NCBI GenBank assembly: GCA_963666365.2
Contig: CAXXNF010000001.1
Coordinates: 544,001-608,000, forward strand
Source of the DNA: Syntrophales bacterium
GTDB taxonomy: Bacteria; Desulfobacterota; Syntrophia; Syntrophales; UBA2210
DNA length: 64,000 nucleotides
Direction: 5' to 3'
The notes under the pieces were generated by a model. That model was given only the letters and a program-made list of their open reading frames with translations, ran no database searches and was not told where the DNA came from. Position 1 is the stretch's first letter. Each line of letters begins with the position of its first letter. Position numbers and translations under genes: made by a program. This document shows, piece by piece, positions 29,313 to 37,660 of this stretch.

Positions 29313-30850
29313 CAATGAAACATCCTCTCCCTGTCGTTTCCGAACCGCCCGAAAAATCCGTCTCGGCCCCTGTTCCCGCGCCCTCCGTTGCCTCCCCACA
29401 CCGTAGGCTTAGGCTCCGGATCTGCACCGACGCAAAGCACAACGCCCTGTGTGGAGGATGCATGCACCGCAAGCCCCTTCGCCCAGAAATGATCAGCATG
29501 CCCCGTTTGTTCCGTGCGTTCGGCATCAAACCGGAAATGCTTAGTAGTTGTGGCGTATTTCTTTACCGAATGCAGTGAATTGCGTATTGTGTTCGATGCG
29601 GGGATCACACTGCCGCGATCCTCGAAATTCCTTTTCAGTCCGACTGCAAGCGCCTCCTTATTCCCAGTGCTGAAATCGATTCCTTCTACCTTCGAGCCGA
29701 AAAGCGTCTGTGCGTTTTCCGCCAACTGCTCGCCGATTCCCGTTTTATCCATGCAGGCGCGCCGCATCCGTTTCAACGTCAGCAAGGTGTGGAGCACTTG
29801 CTCCTGCACAAAGAACGGCTGTTTTTTCAGTTCGATCACGGCAAGCGAATATAGGACGTTTTGTATTTTCTGATCCAGCCAGATAACGGAAAAATCGCGA
29901 TGGCGCCCTATATCCATTCCTGCAAATAGGTCGCCTGAAAACTCCACATTTGCGAGTGCATGCAGGGGCAGAGGTGGGGAAATCTTGGTGCGTTTGAATT
30001 CATAAAAGTTAATTTCAGCCGCCTTAATCAGTATTTCCGCCCATACCGGCGTCATGACCAGTTTCACATCCTCGACAGAGGAAATCAGCTCATGCGTCAA
30101 AAACGCCGATACCTCATCGGAGGGAATGCATTCGTATTCCTCGGCCCATGCATCGTCGTCGTTCAGGGCGAGACGCAGATCCTCGGGATCGCAAGGATTC
30201 CCCTCGTCGTCTCTCAGATCCAGTCCCATTTCAACGGCCTGATAGATGTTGACGAAGTGTTTCGACCAGCCGCCTTTTTCGCCCAGGAATTCGTGATCGC
30301 GTCCGTTGAATCGCTGCAGCGTGGGCGCACCGAAAAAGAGCTCGTAAAATTTATTTGTCTTCCCCTTGAAAGTAGATATGATCCTGATTTTATAGCCGCG
30401 GGTAACCGTGGGAAAGAGAGCTTTCCAGATTTCACGGCTGTCGCGATGCAAGGCGAATTCGTCAAGAAGGATGTTTGCCGACCATCCGCGGGCCGTGTCG
30501 GGATTGGCCGGTAGGCCTACGATGCGGGATCCGTTGGGAAAGATTATCTCCAACATCCGGTATTTCGTATCCTTGTCGACCCAGTAATCTTCTTCCAGCT
30601 CCTCGACGGCCCGGCCGATGGCCCTCGCGTGCATGGCGGCCTTGCCCATGAGTTCTTTCGATTGTCGCTCTCCCGCAGAAAGAAAAACCCACATAGTCTT
30701 TTGTTCCACGCAGTCAAAGACGGCCTCGAGGGCCGTGCCGAAGGACTTCCCTCCCTGACGGGTGATCACGCCTATTTTGAATCGGCTTTTGTCCGTTACC
30801 CAGGTCCCTTGATAGTCGGTCAGGGGTATGAGGGGGCTAGAAGATGCCAT
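29312..30850 (-). CDS. terminase large subunit (Mu gp28-like)
   Basis: RQGGKS Walker A, LLDEFA Walker B, GMDIGR, DKTGIG, GHADHFWA. Confidence 0.92.
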   Translation of the reverse strand: MASSSPLIPLTDYQGTWVTDKSRFKIGVITRQGGKSFGTALEAVFDCVEQKTMWVFLSAGERQSKELMGKAAMHARAIGRAVEELEEDYWVDKDTKYRMLEIIFPNGSRIVGLPANPDTARGWSANILLDEFALHRDSREIWKALFPTVTRGYKIRIISTFKGKTNKFYELFFGAPTLQRFNGRDHEFLGEKGGWSKHFVNIYQAVEMGLDLRDDEGNPCDPEDLRLALNDDDAWAEEYECIPSDEVSAFLTHELISSVEDVKLVMTPVWAEILIKAAEINFYEFKRTKISPPLPLHALANVEFSGDLFAGMDIGRHRDFSVIWLDQKIQNVLYSLAVIELKKQPFFVQEQVLHTLLTLKRMRRACMDKTGIGEQLAENAQTLFGSKVEGIDFSTGNKEALAVGLKRNFEDRGSVIPASNTIRNSLHSVKKYATTTKHFRFDAERTEQTGHADHFWAKGLAVHASSTQGVVLCVGADPEPKPTVWGGNGGRGNRGRDGFFGRFGNDRERMFH

Positions 30851-31364
30851 AGATCTCCTCTTTGATGATTCGCATCGTTTCGGGGTCTAGCGAGTTCTTG
30901 GCCGTTTTCTTTTCTATCGTTGCCAACGCCTTTTCGGCTTTCTTACGCGCCTCCGCCTGCCACTTTTTCTGCTGTACCGAGGCCCGGCTCAAGCGGGCCA
31001 CCATGACCCCCATCTTGGGGAATATTTTTGAAAATTCCTCAGGGTCCTCATCTTGCAGCCGTATCAGCACGTCGAATGCCCGTTCCTGTACAAGCCGTAT
31101 CAAGGCGTCATTCATTGCGCCCTCTTCGTCGCCGACAACGCTCGCGATCGCCTTCGCCTGTTCCGTGGCCACCTTGATCTGGGCCAGGCGTTCTTCAAAT
31201 TGCTGGCCGTACCGGTGAACCGCCGATCTCGATATTTCGTAGCCCTGTTCGGCCAGCCACTCCGCAAGCCCCTGATAATCGGAAAAACAGCTTGTCACCA
31301 GGCGTTGGTTCAATTCTTCCCTTATCTCTTCGGGAAGCTGTGTTACGGCTGATCTCTGCGGCAT
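30837..31364 (-). CDS. terminase small subunit (Mu gp27/DUF3486-like)
   Basis: S.V.QLP, ISRSAVHRY, ends EEIYGI. Confidence 0.8.
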   Translation of the reverse strand: MPQRSAVTQLPEEIREELNQRLVTSCFSDYQGLAEWLAEQGYEISRSAVHRYGQQFEERLAQIKVATEQAKAIASVVGDEEGAMNDALIRLVQERAFDVLIRLQDEDPEEFSKIFPKMGVMVARLSRASVQQKKWQAEARKKAEKALATIEKKTAKNSLDPETMRIIKEEIYGIF

Positions 31365-31365
31365 C

Positions 31366-31680
31366 TCACCACCACTTCTTCGGGCGCGCGATTCCGGGAT
31401 GGCAGTCGATCGTGTATTCTGCCATGTCCATTCCCGCGCGGGTCAGTTTCATGTGCCACTGCGGGGTTCCGCGTCCCTCGATCTTCACCAGGTCGCGCTC
31501 CTCCAGATAATCGTATTCCCGGCGCAGTTCGATCTGCGTCGCGTCGATCGGTATCGCCTGTATCGTCGTCAGCATGATCGACTCGCTGGCCCCGATGGGA
31601 CGGGCCGCGTTGAGCGCAACCAGGATGTGCCAGCGGATGGTTTCCCGCCGCGCCTTTTCCACATCAATTCCGTTGTTCAT
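31366..31680 (-). CDS. Mu gp26-like winged-helix protein
   Basis: RE.IRW.IL, YLEERDLV, LTRAG.D, PGIARP. Confidence 0.7.
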   Translation of the reverse strand: MNNGIDVEKARRETIRWHILVALNAARPIGASESIMLTTIQAIPIDATQIELRREYDYLEERDLVKIEGRGTPQWHMKLTRAGMDMAEYTIDCHPGIARPKKWW

Positions 31681-31984
31681 CGTTCGACCTCCAGCGGTCC
31701 TTTATTAACTCCATCATGTCAGCCAGCTTGTCCATTTTCGCGTAGATCACGGTTTCAAACCGGATGTGATCCTCGCGTCTGATATAGTTCAAAGGGAGAT
31801 CGGCTTTGATCTTCAGGATGTCCTTTTCGATCTCCCGCGTGTTCGCTTCCTGCGCCTGAAATTTGTTGTCATAATTTTTAAAGCACCGGTTGAGGGTGAA
31901 CCGCACCGTGGCGATTATGATCAGGCTCCACGCCGCGATCAGTCCGAGCAAAAAGAGCATCTGAAACCAGGGAACCTCGCTCAT
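31664..31984 (-). CDS. membrane-anchored coiled-coil phage protein
   Basis: N-terminal TM helix and LPLNYIRRED motif. Confidence 0.65.
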   Translation of the reverse strand: MSEVPWFQMLFLLGLIAAWSLIIIATVRFTLNRCFKNYDNKFQAQEANTREIEKDILKIKADLPLNYIRREDHIRFETVIYAKMDKLADMMELIKDRWRSNDEQRN

Positions 31985-32250
31985 CCATCGACCTCCCGTT
32001 TCGCCTCGCAGCGCGTGCATCGCGTTGCGCCGGGCATCGCAGCCAGACGCGCCGCCGGTATGGGTTTTCCGCAGTCCGGGCATATCCGCCCCTCGCCCGC
32101 CCCATCCGGTCCCGCTCCTGGATCGGATGCGGGCCGGATGGCGACGGGCTTCTTCGGGGAGGGTTCCTTTATCTTCCGGAAATGCGCCGCGAGCGCCGCA
32201 TTTCTGAAACATTCCGCATAAGCCTGCGCGCAGTCGGTCTCGTCCATCAT
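31981..32250 (-). CDS. TraR/DksA-family C4 zinc-finger protein
   Basis: DETDCA (DxxDxA) and CPDCG.PIP.ARL.A.PGA.RC..C. Confidence 0.85.
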   Translation of the reverse strand: MMDETDCAQAYAECFRNAALAAHFRKIKEPSPKKPVAIRPASDPGAGPDGAGEGRICPDCGKPIPAARLAAMPGATRCTRCEAKREVDG

Positions 32251-32438
32251 TTCTTCCGCCGTTTCGCCAGACGTTTCAAGGAACCGATCGAATCGCCCAG
32301 GGCTTTGAGGATCTTGCTCTCCGGAAACATCGCCCGGAGAACCGCATAGGCGAGCCCCAAGGTGACAAGGTTGTGCTTCGCAAAGGCCAGAAGCGCCTCG
32401 TCGATGGATACGGTCGAGATGAATTCGAGCATGGTCAC
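32247..32438 (-). CDS. small holin-like membrane protein
   Basis: 63 aa, hydrophobic core, basic C-tail, in the lysis cassette. Confidence 0.5.
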   Translation of the reverse strand: MTMLEFISTVSIDEALLAFAKHNLVTLGLAYAVLRAMFPESKILKALGDSIGSLKRLAKRRKK

Positions 32439-33019
32439 ACCAATTTCCCGCCGAACCGATAGCAGTTCGTGAATTTTTTAATGTCGCCGGGCCATGCGGC
32501 TTTGCGCTCGATCGCGTCCCAGTCGGCATATACCTTCAGATAAATATCTCGTTTCAAGTCCTCGCATATGCGAGCCATGTCGCATCCGGTCCGAAGCGCC
32601 ATGAAGGCGAACTCGCTGCAAAAAAAGGCGTCGGCGTCTTCCGAGACCCGCCCCAGGGCGTTTTTAAACAATCCCGCGTAATCGTAGGATTTCCCGAGCT
32701 GTGAAAAGGCCCAGGTCCCCAGGTAGCGCCGCGCCGGGTCGAGATCATCGCAGAGCGGGTACCAGTAAATCTCGCCGTCATAGGATTCGAGCACATTGGA
32801 TAAAAGCTGCACCTGAATGCCGCCGCGATCCGCGCCGATGATGAACCGCCGTTTTTCCTCGCCCTCGTAATCGAGCAGCCGAATCACCGTTTCCACATGC
32901 GAAAATTCCGTGAACAACCGGATAGCCCCGCTCACGATCCCGGACCCCGCGAACACGATCAGATCGCCCGTGTGAAATTGCGATTTCAGCGATTCGTATG
33001 TAGTGGTGTCATTTTTCAT
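32435..33019 (-). CDS. permuted papain-like amidase (YiiX/YebB-like NlpC/P60)
   Basis: GDLIVF, FSHV, SYDY, FCSEF motifs. Confidence 0.75.
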   Translation of the reverse strand: MKNDTTTYESLKSQFHTGDLIVFAGSGIVSGAIRLFTEFSHVETVIRLLDYEGEEKRRFIIGADRGGIQVQLLSNVLESYDGEIYWYPLCDDLDPARRYLGTWAFSQLGKSYDYAGLFKNALGRVSEDADAFFCSEFAFMALRTGCDMARICEDLKRDIYLKVYADWDAIERKAAWPGDIKKFTNCYRFGGKLV

Positions 33020-33121
33020 TTCGTTTATCGCGGGGACTGGGCGGTCAGCGCCGCCCCGTCCCCTTCTCCTATAGGTTCCTTGCCGGCGTCTCAGTTCGGT
33101 ACGGCAAGAACCGCCTCGTTA

Positions 33122-33574
33122 TCAAATAAAGAACCTGTGATTCCCGATGATCTGCACCTCGGTCAACGATGACGCCCAATATGGCTCTGTGGCAAGCGTC
33201 GCGTAATGCGTGGCCAGGACGTTGGGCTCAATGACGCCCCGGATGAGCCCCACGGCCAGCAAATGACATCGAAAAAGCGTTTCGTTCCCTTCCAGGGCGC
33301 CGTTATAATCCGCCGCGATGGCGCCCAATTTCGCATAATTGGGATCGGAAGGAAGATAACAGGAAAACTGAAAGGGCTTGAGGCACACCTCGGAGACGGT
33401 CGCCCCGTACCACCCGCCGCACCGGAACCGTTCGAGGATCACCGAGCCCACGGCCCGCTTGCCATAGAGCGACTCCCCCCGCGCCTCGCCGTAAATCGTC
33501 AACGCCATGATCTGGATATCCTCCAGATGCCCGAATTTCTCGGCCAGAAGTTTTTTGAGTTCCGATGGTTTCAT
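33122..33574 (-). CDS. cell wall hydrolase (SleB/Hydrolase_2-like) endolysin
   Basis: TIYGEARGE, QFSC, THY, IGNHRF. Confidence 0.88.
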   Translation of the reverse strand: MKPSELKKLLAEKFGHLEDIQIMALTIYGEARGESLYGKRAVGSVILERFRCGGWYGATVSEVCLKPFQFSCYLPSDPNYAKLGAIAADYNGALEGNETLFRCHLLAVGLIRGVIEPNVLATHYATLATEPYWASSLTEVQIIGNHRFFI

Positions 33575-33593
33575 GGTCCTCCCCCTAGAAACG

Positions 33594-33638
33594 AAAAAAG
33601 CCCGGCGCCGGGGAGAATGCTCTCCCCGGAAACCGGGC
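33594..33638 (-). terminator. intrinsic terminator / attenuator in the late leader
   Basis: GCCCGG-TTT-CCGGGGAGA-GCAT-TCTCCCCGG-CG-CCGGGC-TTTTTT on the minus strand. Confidence 0.75.
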
Positions 33639-33701
33639 GCTCAGGCCGCTCTATTCAATTATTGGTCGCTCAGGACGCTATATATTGTGCATTAGCGTTT
33701 A

Positions 33702-33729
33702 ATTAAAACCATATATAGTATTTTGTCAA
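33702..33729 (-). promoter_or_regulatory. candidate late-operon promoter
   Basis: TTGACA (33724-33729), 16 bp, TTTAAT (33702-33707) in an AT-rich gap. Confidence 0.55.
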
Positions 33730-33917
33730 GTTTTTTTGTGCACTTCAACCCGGTTTTTACATCGCGGGCAGGGGTCCTTTATAAAAACGGCTTCTCCGTC
33801 TACAAGCCACTCTCCCAGCACTTTGCCGCAAATTGGACACTTGATCGCCTCACTTTGGTAAGCCGTCGGCTTTACCGTTTTCAGCTCGTTTGCGGCTATG
33901 GATATTCCCCTTGCCAT
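33726..33917 (-). CDS. Mu Com-like zinc-finger protein
   Basis: IKCPICGKVL...CPRCKN pattern as in Mu Com (IRCKNCNKLL...CPRCKR); TGATG coupling. Confidence 0.65.
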   Translation of the reverse strand: MARGISIAANELKTVKPTAYQSEAIKCPICGKVLGEWLVDGEAVFIKDPCPRCKNRVEVHKKT

Positions 33918-34066
33918 CAGAACCCCTGCGCCATGCGCCAGGCGTAGCCCAGGCCGACGGCGACCAGGAGCGGTATGCCGTATTTCACGAGAACTCGCGT
34001 GGCTCGGTCCAGCATATCCATGATTTGATCCGGCCATTTTTCCGCATCGTCTTTCGTGAATTTCAT
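33917..34066 (-). CDS. small membrane protein (49 aa, not in the ORF track)
   Basis: MKFTKDDAEKWPDQ...YGIPLLVAVGLGYAWRMAQGF, coupled to both neighbours. Confidence 0.55.
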   Translation of the reverse strand: MKFTKDDAEKWPDQIMDMLDRATRVLVKYGIPLLVAVGLGYAWRMAQGF

Positions 34067-34566
34067 TTGATCACCCCCAATAGTTCCTTCACCCGCGCCC
34101 GGTTAATCTCGATATCCGTCTCCGTCAGGCGATCCACCTGGCGGAGCCCATCCTCACGCTCTTTCAACATCTTCTCTTCCGTTTTTGATTTTTCCTGATA
34201 TTCAGTTTCTGCGATATTCATCATTACGGATTTCAGGTAGTTATGATTTGTCAACTTGCTTGTAAAATTGCGTCGGACTACCGCATCGAGCGCCTGGGCA
34301 ATGCCCTTTCTGCTGATCTCATACCGCTTTTTTGCGTAGGTAAACGCCTCCGAATCATAGAGCCGCTTCATTTCAGTTAAAATGAGCAGTAGGCGTTTTT
34401 TGCGTTTGCTCATCGGCGTGATATCGAATAATTCCGCATAGGCCCAGACGTACGCCGAGTGCGCCCCGAAGGCGTTTGACAGCTTCACAATCGCCGTCAT
34501 ATCTGAATCTGCAATCAATTCATCCATATCCAGCTTCCTCGCACAATAAGGGCAGGTAAGTATCAT
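34063..34566 (-). CDS. hypothetical Mu-like early protein
   Basis: M.L.CP.C start and L.NHNYL motif; coupled to neighbours. Confidence 0.65.
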   Translation of the reverse strand: MILTCPYCARKLDMDELIADSDMTAIVKLSNAFGAHSAYVWAYAELFDITPMSKRKKRLLLILTEMKRLYDSEAFTYAKKRYEISRKGIAQALDAVVRRNFTSKLTNHNYLKSVMMNIAETEYQEKSKTEEKMLKEREDGLRQVDRLTETDIEINRARVKELLGVIK

Positions 34567-34943
34567 GATATTTTTACCAGTGTGATTTCTTTGTTGTTGG
34601 CGATCAGGTGGCGTTTCATGGCGGTGAAGGATGTCCATATATTCCAATAGCGCGCCAACTTTGCATCTGGATGCATATCGACGGATTTTATTTTTTTCAG
34701 TGTCGCGGCGGCGGATACGACCTGATATCCCTCCGTCTTTCTGCAAAACCCCCGCCGTTCCTCGCAGTCCTTCACAGCCCACTCGCCACGGAATATGCCG
34801 TTGACATAAAAGAAGATGCCATTTCTAAACCGGGAAATACGGGCCAGCCGCAGCGTCAAGTTATAGCCGTCGCAGTCCAGCTCGACCGTTTTATAAAAAC
34901 TGTCTAGCGCTTCATCGACCTGGTTCCATTCTTCATTCGTCAT
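34563..34943 (-). CDS. hypothetical phage protein
   Basis: 126-aa ORF (MTNEEW...L.CDGY...YVNG). Confidence 0.6.
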   Translation of the reverse strand: MTNEEWNQVDEALDSFYKTVELDCDGYNLTLRLARISRFRNGIFFYVNGIFRGEWAVKDCEERRGFCRKTEGYQVVSAAATLKKIKSVDMHPDAKLARYWNIWTSFTAMKRHLIANNKEITLVKIS

Positions 34944-34983
34944 TGCCCGCCCTCGCAGCAGTCGATCAAAAACCGGAGTGCCG

Positions 34984-35436
34984 TCACGCCGACCTCTTGG
35001 TAATCTCATAGCTGTACACGTCCTTCGGCTTTCGCTCGGCGCCGATAAGAATGAGTCGTTCATCGGGCCACCGCTCCACCGCCTCGCGGTCGATCGACTT
35101 TGCAACCTTGACCGCCTCCTCAAGTCCCTGTTCTTCGGCCAATGCCAGGGCGTTTTTTGGGATTCTCACCCGGTCTTCGCGGCCGTGAACAAGCATCCCG
35201 TGATCCAGTTCGACTCGCTCCCTCCCGTCGAAGATGGCGCCCTTGCGCGCTTTCATGATGGCCTGAAGCTCTTTTTCACAGGCCTTCTGTTCGCTCAGGA
35301 GGGGCTCGATGCCGGCAAAATGGGCCTCGCGCACCGCGTTCATCGCCGCATCCAGGGCGCGTTCCTTTTCCGCCATGTCGCGTTCGATCTGCGCCAAAAT
35401 CCACAGCAGCTGATCCGCCCGTGCTCTATCCTTCAT
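34984..35436 (-). CDS. gam: Gam-family host-nuclease inhibitor
   Basis: Coiled-coil N-terminus, F...RVEL.HG, IDREAV..W..E.L..IG. Confidence 0.7.
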   Translation of the reverse strand: MKDRARADQLLWILAQIERDMAEKERALDAAMNAVREAHFAGIEPLLSEQKACEKELQAIMKARKGAIFDGRERVELDHGMLVHGREDRVRIPKNALALAEEQGLEEAVKVAKSIDREAVERWPDERLILIGAERKPKDVYSYEITKRSA

Positions 35437-35833
35437 GGCCCGTCCCCAGTCGCATCTGCATCTGGCCCAGATAATCGGGCAGGCTGATTTTTTTCATTCT
35501 CGCGTTGAGAACCAATATCTTCAGCGCCTTGTGCTCGCGGCGGTGGAGATAATTATTGATTTCTTCCGTGGTCTGACCCAGGTAATAGCCGCCGCCTTCC
35601 GCCGTCGACGTCGAGCAGATCGGCGCACCTTCGCGTCGAAGCTCGGTAATGTACGTGCGCAGTCTTCTGGTGTCGTTGATACGGTGCTTCCAGGGTCGCT
35701 GGAACACGATCTCATACAGCTCCGCCATACCGATGGCGCGATGTCCGCCGATATGGCGCTGGATCTCGGCAAAGAGCCGGTTTTTTCGTTCCAGCCGTTC
35801 GATTTCTTGCTGATATTGATTCATGGTGGTCAT
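35426..35833 (-). CDS. winged-helix DNA-binding protein
   Basis: R.LR..ITELRREG.PICS....GGYY. Confidence 0.65.
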   Translation of the reverse strand: MTTMNQYQQEIERLERKNRLFAEIQRHIGGHRAIGMAELYEIVFQRPWKHRINDTRRLRTYITELRREGAPICSTSTAEGGGYYLGQTTEEINNYLHRREHKALKILVLNARMKKISLPDYLGQMQMRLGTGHEG

Positions 35834-35843
35834 ATGTCCCTCC

Positions 35844-36035
35844 TTAATAAAGCCCTTCTTTCCTTGCCTCCCGGCGCACGGATCGCCAGGGCGCACCCGT
35901 AATGGCGTGTACCCGGTCCAGCTGGCGGATCGAAAGTACTCCCGTTACTGGCATTTCTTCCGCCTCCTCCAAAAGCAGCCGCTTGATCCTTGCCGCCGTG
36001 CCTTTATGGGTATGGTTGATTTTCATGCTCGTCAT
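35844..36035 (-). CDS. hypothetical phage protein
   Basis: 63-aa ORF coupled by ATGA to the GemA-like gene. Confidence 0.5.
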   Translation of the reverse strand: MTSMKINHTHKGTAARIKRLLLEEAEEMPVTGVLSIRQLDRVHAITGAPWRSVRREARKEGLY

Positions 36036-36460
36036 TCCTTTTCGATAAATGTTCCCAGTACCTTCAGAATCTTTAGGAGCTTGCCCAAGTCCTTGAGCCA
36101 GGGAAGCGCATCGACGCCGCCGATGGATTTCACCAGCCCGGCGAGCCGTTCCTCGCCTCGATCGAGACAACCCGCCAGTTCGATCGCCCGGTCCTGAAGG
36201 GCGGTGATCCGGCGTTCTTCATTCGTTTTCCTTCGCGGTCTGTATGATTTCCATCCGCAATACTTCATGTGCCTGATAAGGAGTTCAAGCTTCGGAATGG
36301 TGAGTTCCCCGGCGCTTTTCGCGCCGAGACCGGAAAGCACCGCCTCGTATTGGTCTTCGGTCATGCCGAGTTCTTTTTTTGCGATATGCACCTTCGCCAG
36401 CAGTCCTTTGCGCTGCATGAGGGATTTTTCCGTCCATTTTCGCGAGGGGTGTGCGCTCAC
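36032..36460 (-). CDS. gemA: GemA/gp16-family regulatory protein
   Basis: AKVHIAKKELGM.ED.Y..VL...G.KSA..LT; GTG start inferred. Confidence 0.75.
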   Translation of the reverse strand: MSAHPSRKWTEKSLMQRKGLLAKVHIAKKELGMTEDQYEAVLSGLGAKSAGELTIPKLELLIRHMKYCGWKSYRPRRKTNEERRITALQDRAIELAGCLDRGEERLAGLVKSIGGVDALPWLKDLGKLLKILKVLGTFIEKE

Positions 36461-36960
36461 TTGATGACCTCCAGCCTGAATCGGTCGTTGTTGACCACAC
36501 GGTACAGCGCTTCCTTGCTTCCGCATCCGTCCTCCAGTGTGCGAAAACCTACCCGTGTAATGTATCCCTGTGACAGCAGCTTTTTTGTTACCTTGTCCGT
36601 GTAGCTTCGCGTGGCGCCGGTCATCTTTTTGACGTCGGATGCGGAAAAGGGTTCGTGAAAGCTGATCAGGCGCATTGCCTTGCAGATCTTCTGTTTCTGG
36701 GCCGCCTCCGGCCCGGATTTCTGTTGTTCCCAGGAGCTGTTGTACTGATATTTTTGTCGCCTTTTTTGTTTCATTGAGGTCTTTTCAATTTCGCCTCGGC
36801 TTCTAAAAATGGCGAATGAATCGAAAACTTTTTGCCGTTCTTCCGGTGTCCGGGCGCCCAGGGCCGTGCACACATCCGCCATTGTAAAAGCTGTCCGCCG
36901 GGCACGTGCCCAGGCCCGTATGCGGGACGCCAGCCCCGTGTTAGTTGCCTTCGACGACAT
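36457..36960 (-). CDS. HTH-containing hypothetical protein
   Basis: Basic, two wHTH-like halves, directly after the MuB-like gene. Confidence 0.55.
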   Translation of the reverse strand: MSSKATNTGLASRIRAWARARRTAFTMADVCTALGARTPEERQKVFDSFAIFRSRGEIEKTSMKQKRRQKYQYNSSWEQQKSGPEAAQKQKICKAMRLISFHEPFSASDVKKMTGATRSYTDKVTKKLLSQGYITRVGFRTLEDGCGSKEALYRVVNNDRFRLEVIK

Positions 36961-37630
36961 CGTTCACCAGCTCCAGAGTAATTTCCGATATGTCCGACGC
37001 CTTGACGGCCCGTTCGATTGCGATTGCCGCAGTCAGGATGTTTCGCCAGTCGCCGTTGGAACGCCGGAGTAGTGCCGCCGCCGGTTCCGGTGAAAGCGCG
37101 GTTCCCAGTGATTGCCTGAAGAAAAAGACCACGTCGGCCTGGGTAACGGGATTGAATTCCAGGCGTCGTCTGATCCGGCTTGAAATTCTTCGGCGGGACG
37201 CCACCTTGCCTTTGAGTTCATCCTCGCCTATCAAAAGGACGGGGCAGTCGTAACGCTCATTGAGGTTGCGCAGCATCTCTAGTATCTGCATGGCCAGAAG
37301 ATCCGCTTCGTCGATGATAATCAGCCGTCGCATCCGCGCCATCTCTTCGCTTATGATGGAAAGGCAGGCGTCGCTTCGGGTCGGCCTCATCCCGGCAAGC
37401 TCGAAGGTTATCTCCCTCAACACCATTGTGGGCGTCCGTGTGTTCAATGGCGGGATATACGCCGCGCTTTCGTTCGCTGCGTATTTCTGGGCCGCAAAAG
37501 TTTTTCCTCGGCCCGCCTTGCCGGTGACCATCGCCAGCGACGGCCCTATCCGCCCTCCCGGACCGACCAGTTCGTCGCAGATCGCGCTGAACTGCGTTAC
37601 GTTTTCGGTCTGTACGAATTCGTTTTTCAT
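36941..37630 (-). CDS. MuB-like AAA transposition ATPase
   Basis: GKAGRGKT Walker A, IIDEAD Walker B; adjacent to the transposase. Confidence 0.9.
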   Translation of the reverse strand: MKNEFVQTENVTQFSAICDELVGPGGRIGPSLAMVTGKAGRGKTFAAQKYAANESAAYIPPLNTRTPTMVLREITFELAGMRPTRSDACLSIISEEMARMRRLIIIDEADLLAMQILEMLRNLNERYDCPVLLIGEDELKGKVASRRRISSRIRRRLEFNPVTQADVVFFFRQSLGTALSPEPAAALLRRSNGDWRNILTAAIAIERAVKASDISEITLELVNDVVEGN

Positions 37631-37660
37631 TCGCTACCTCCTTCTTATATAGGGGAGGGA

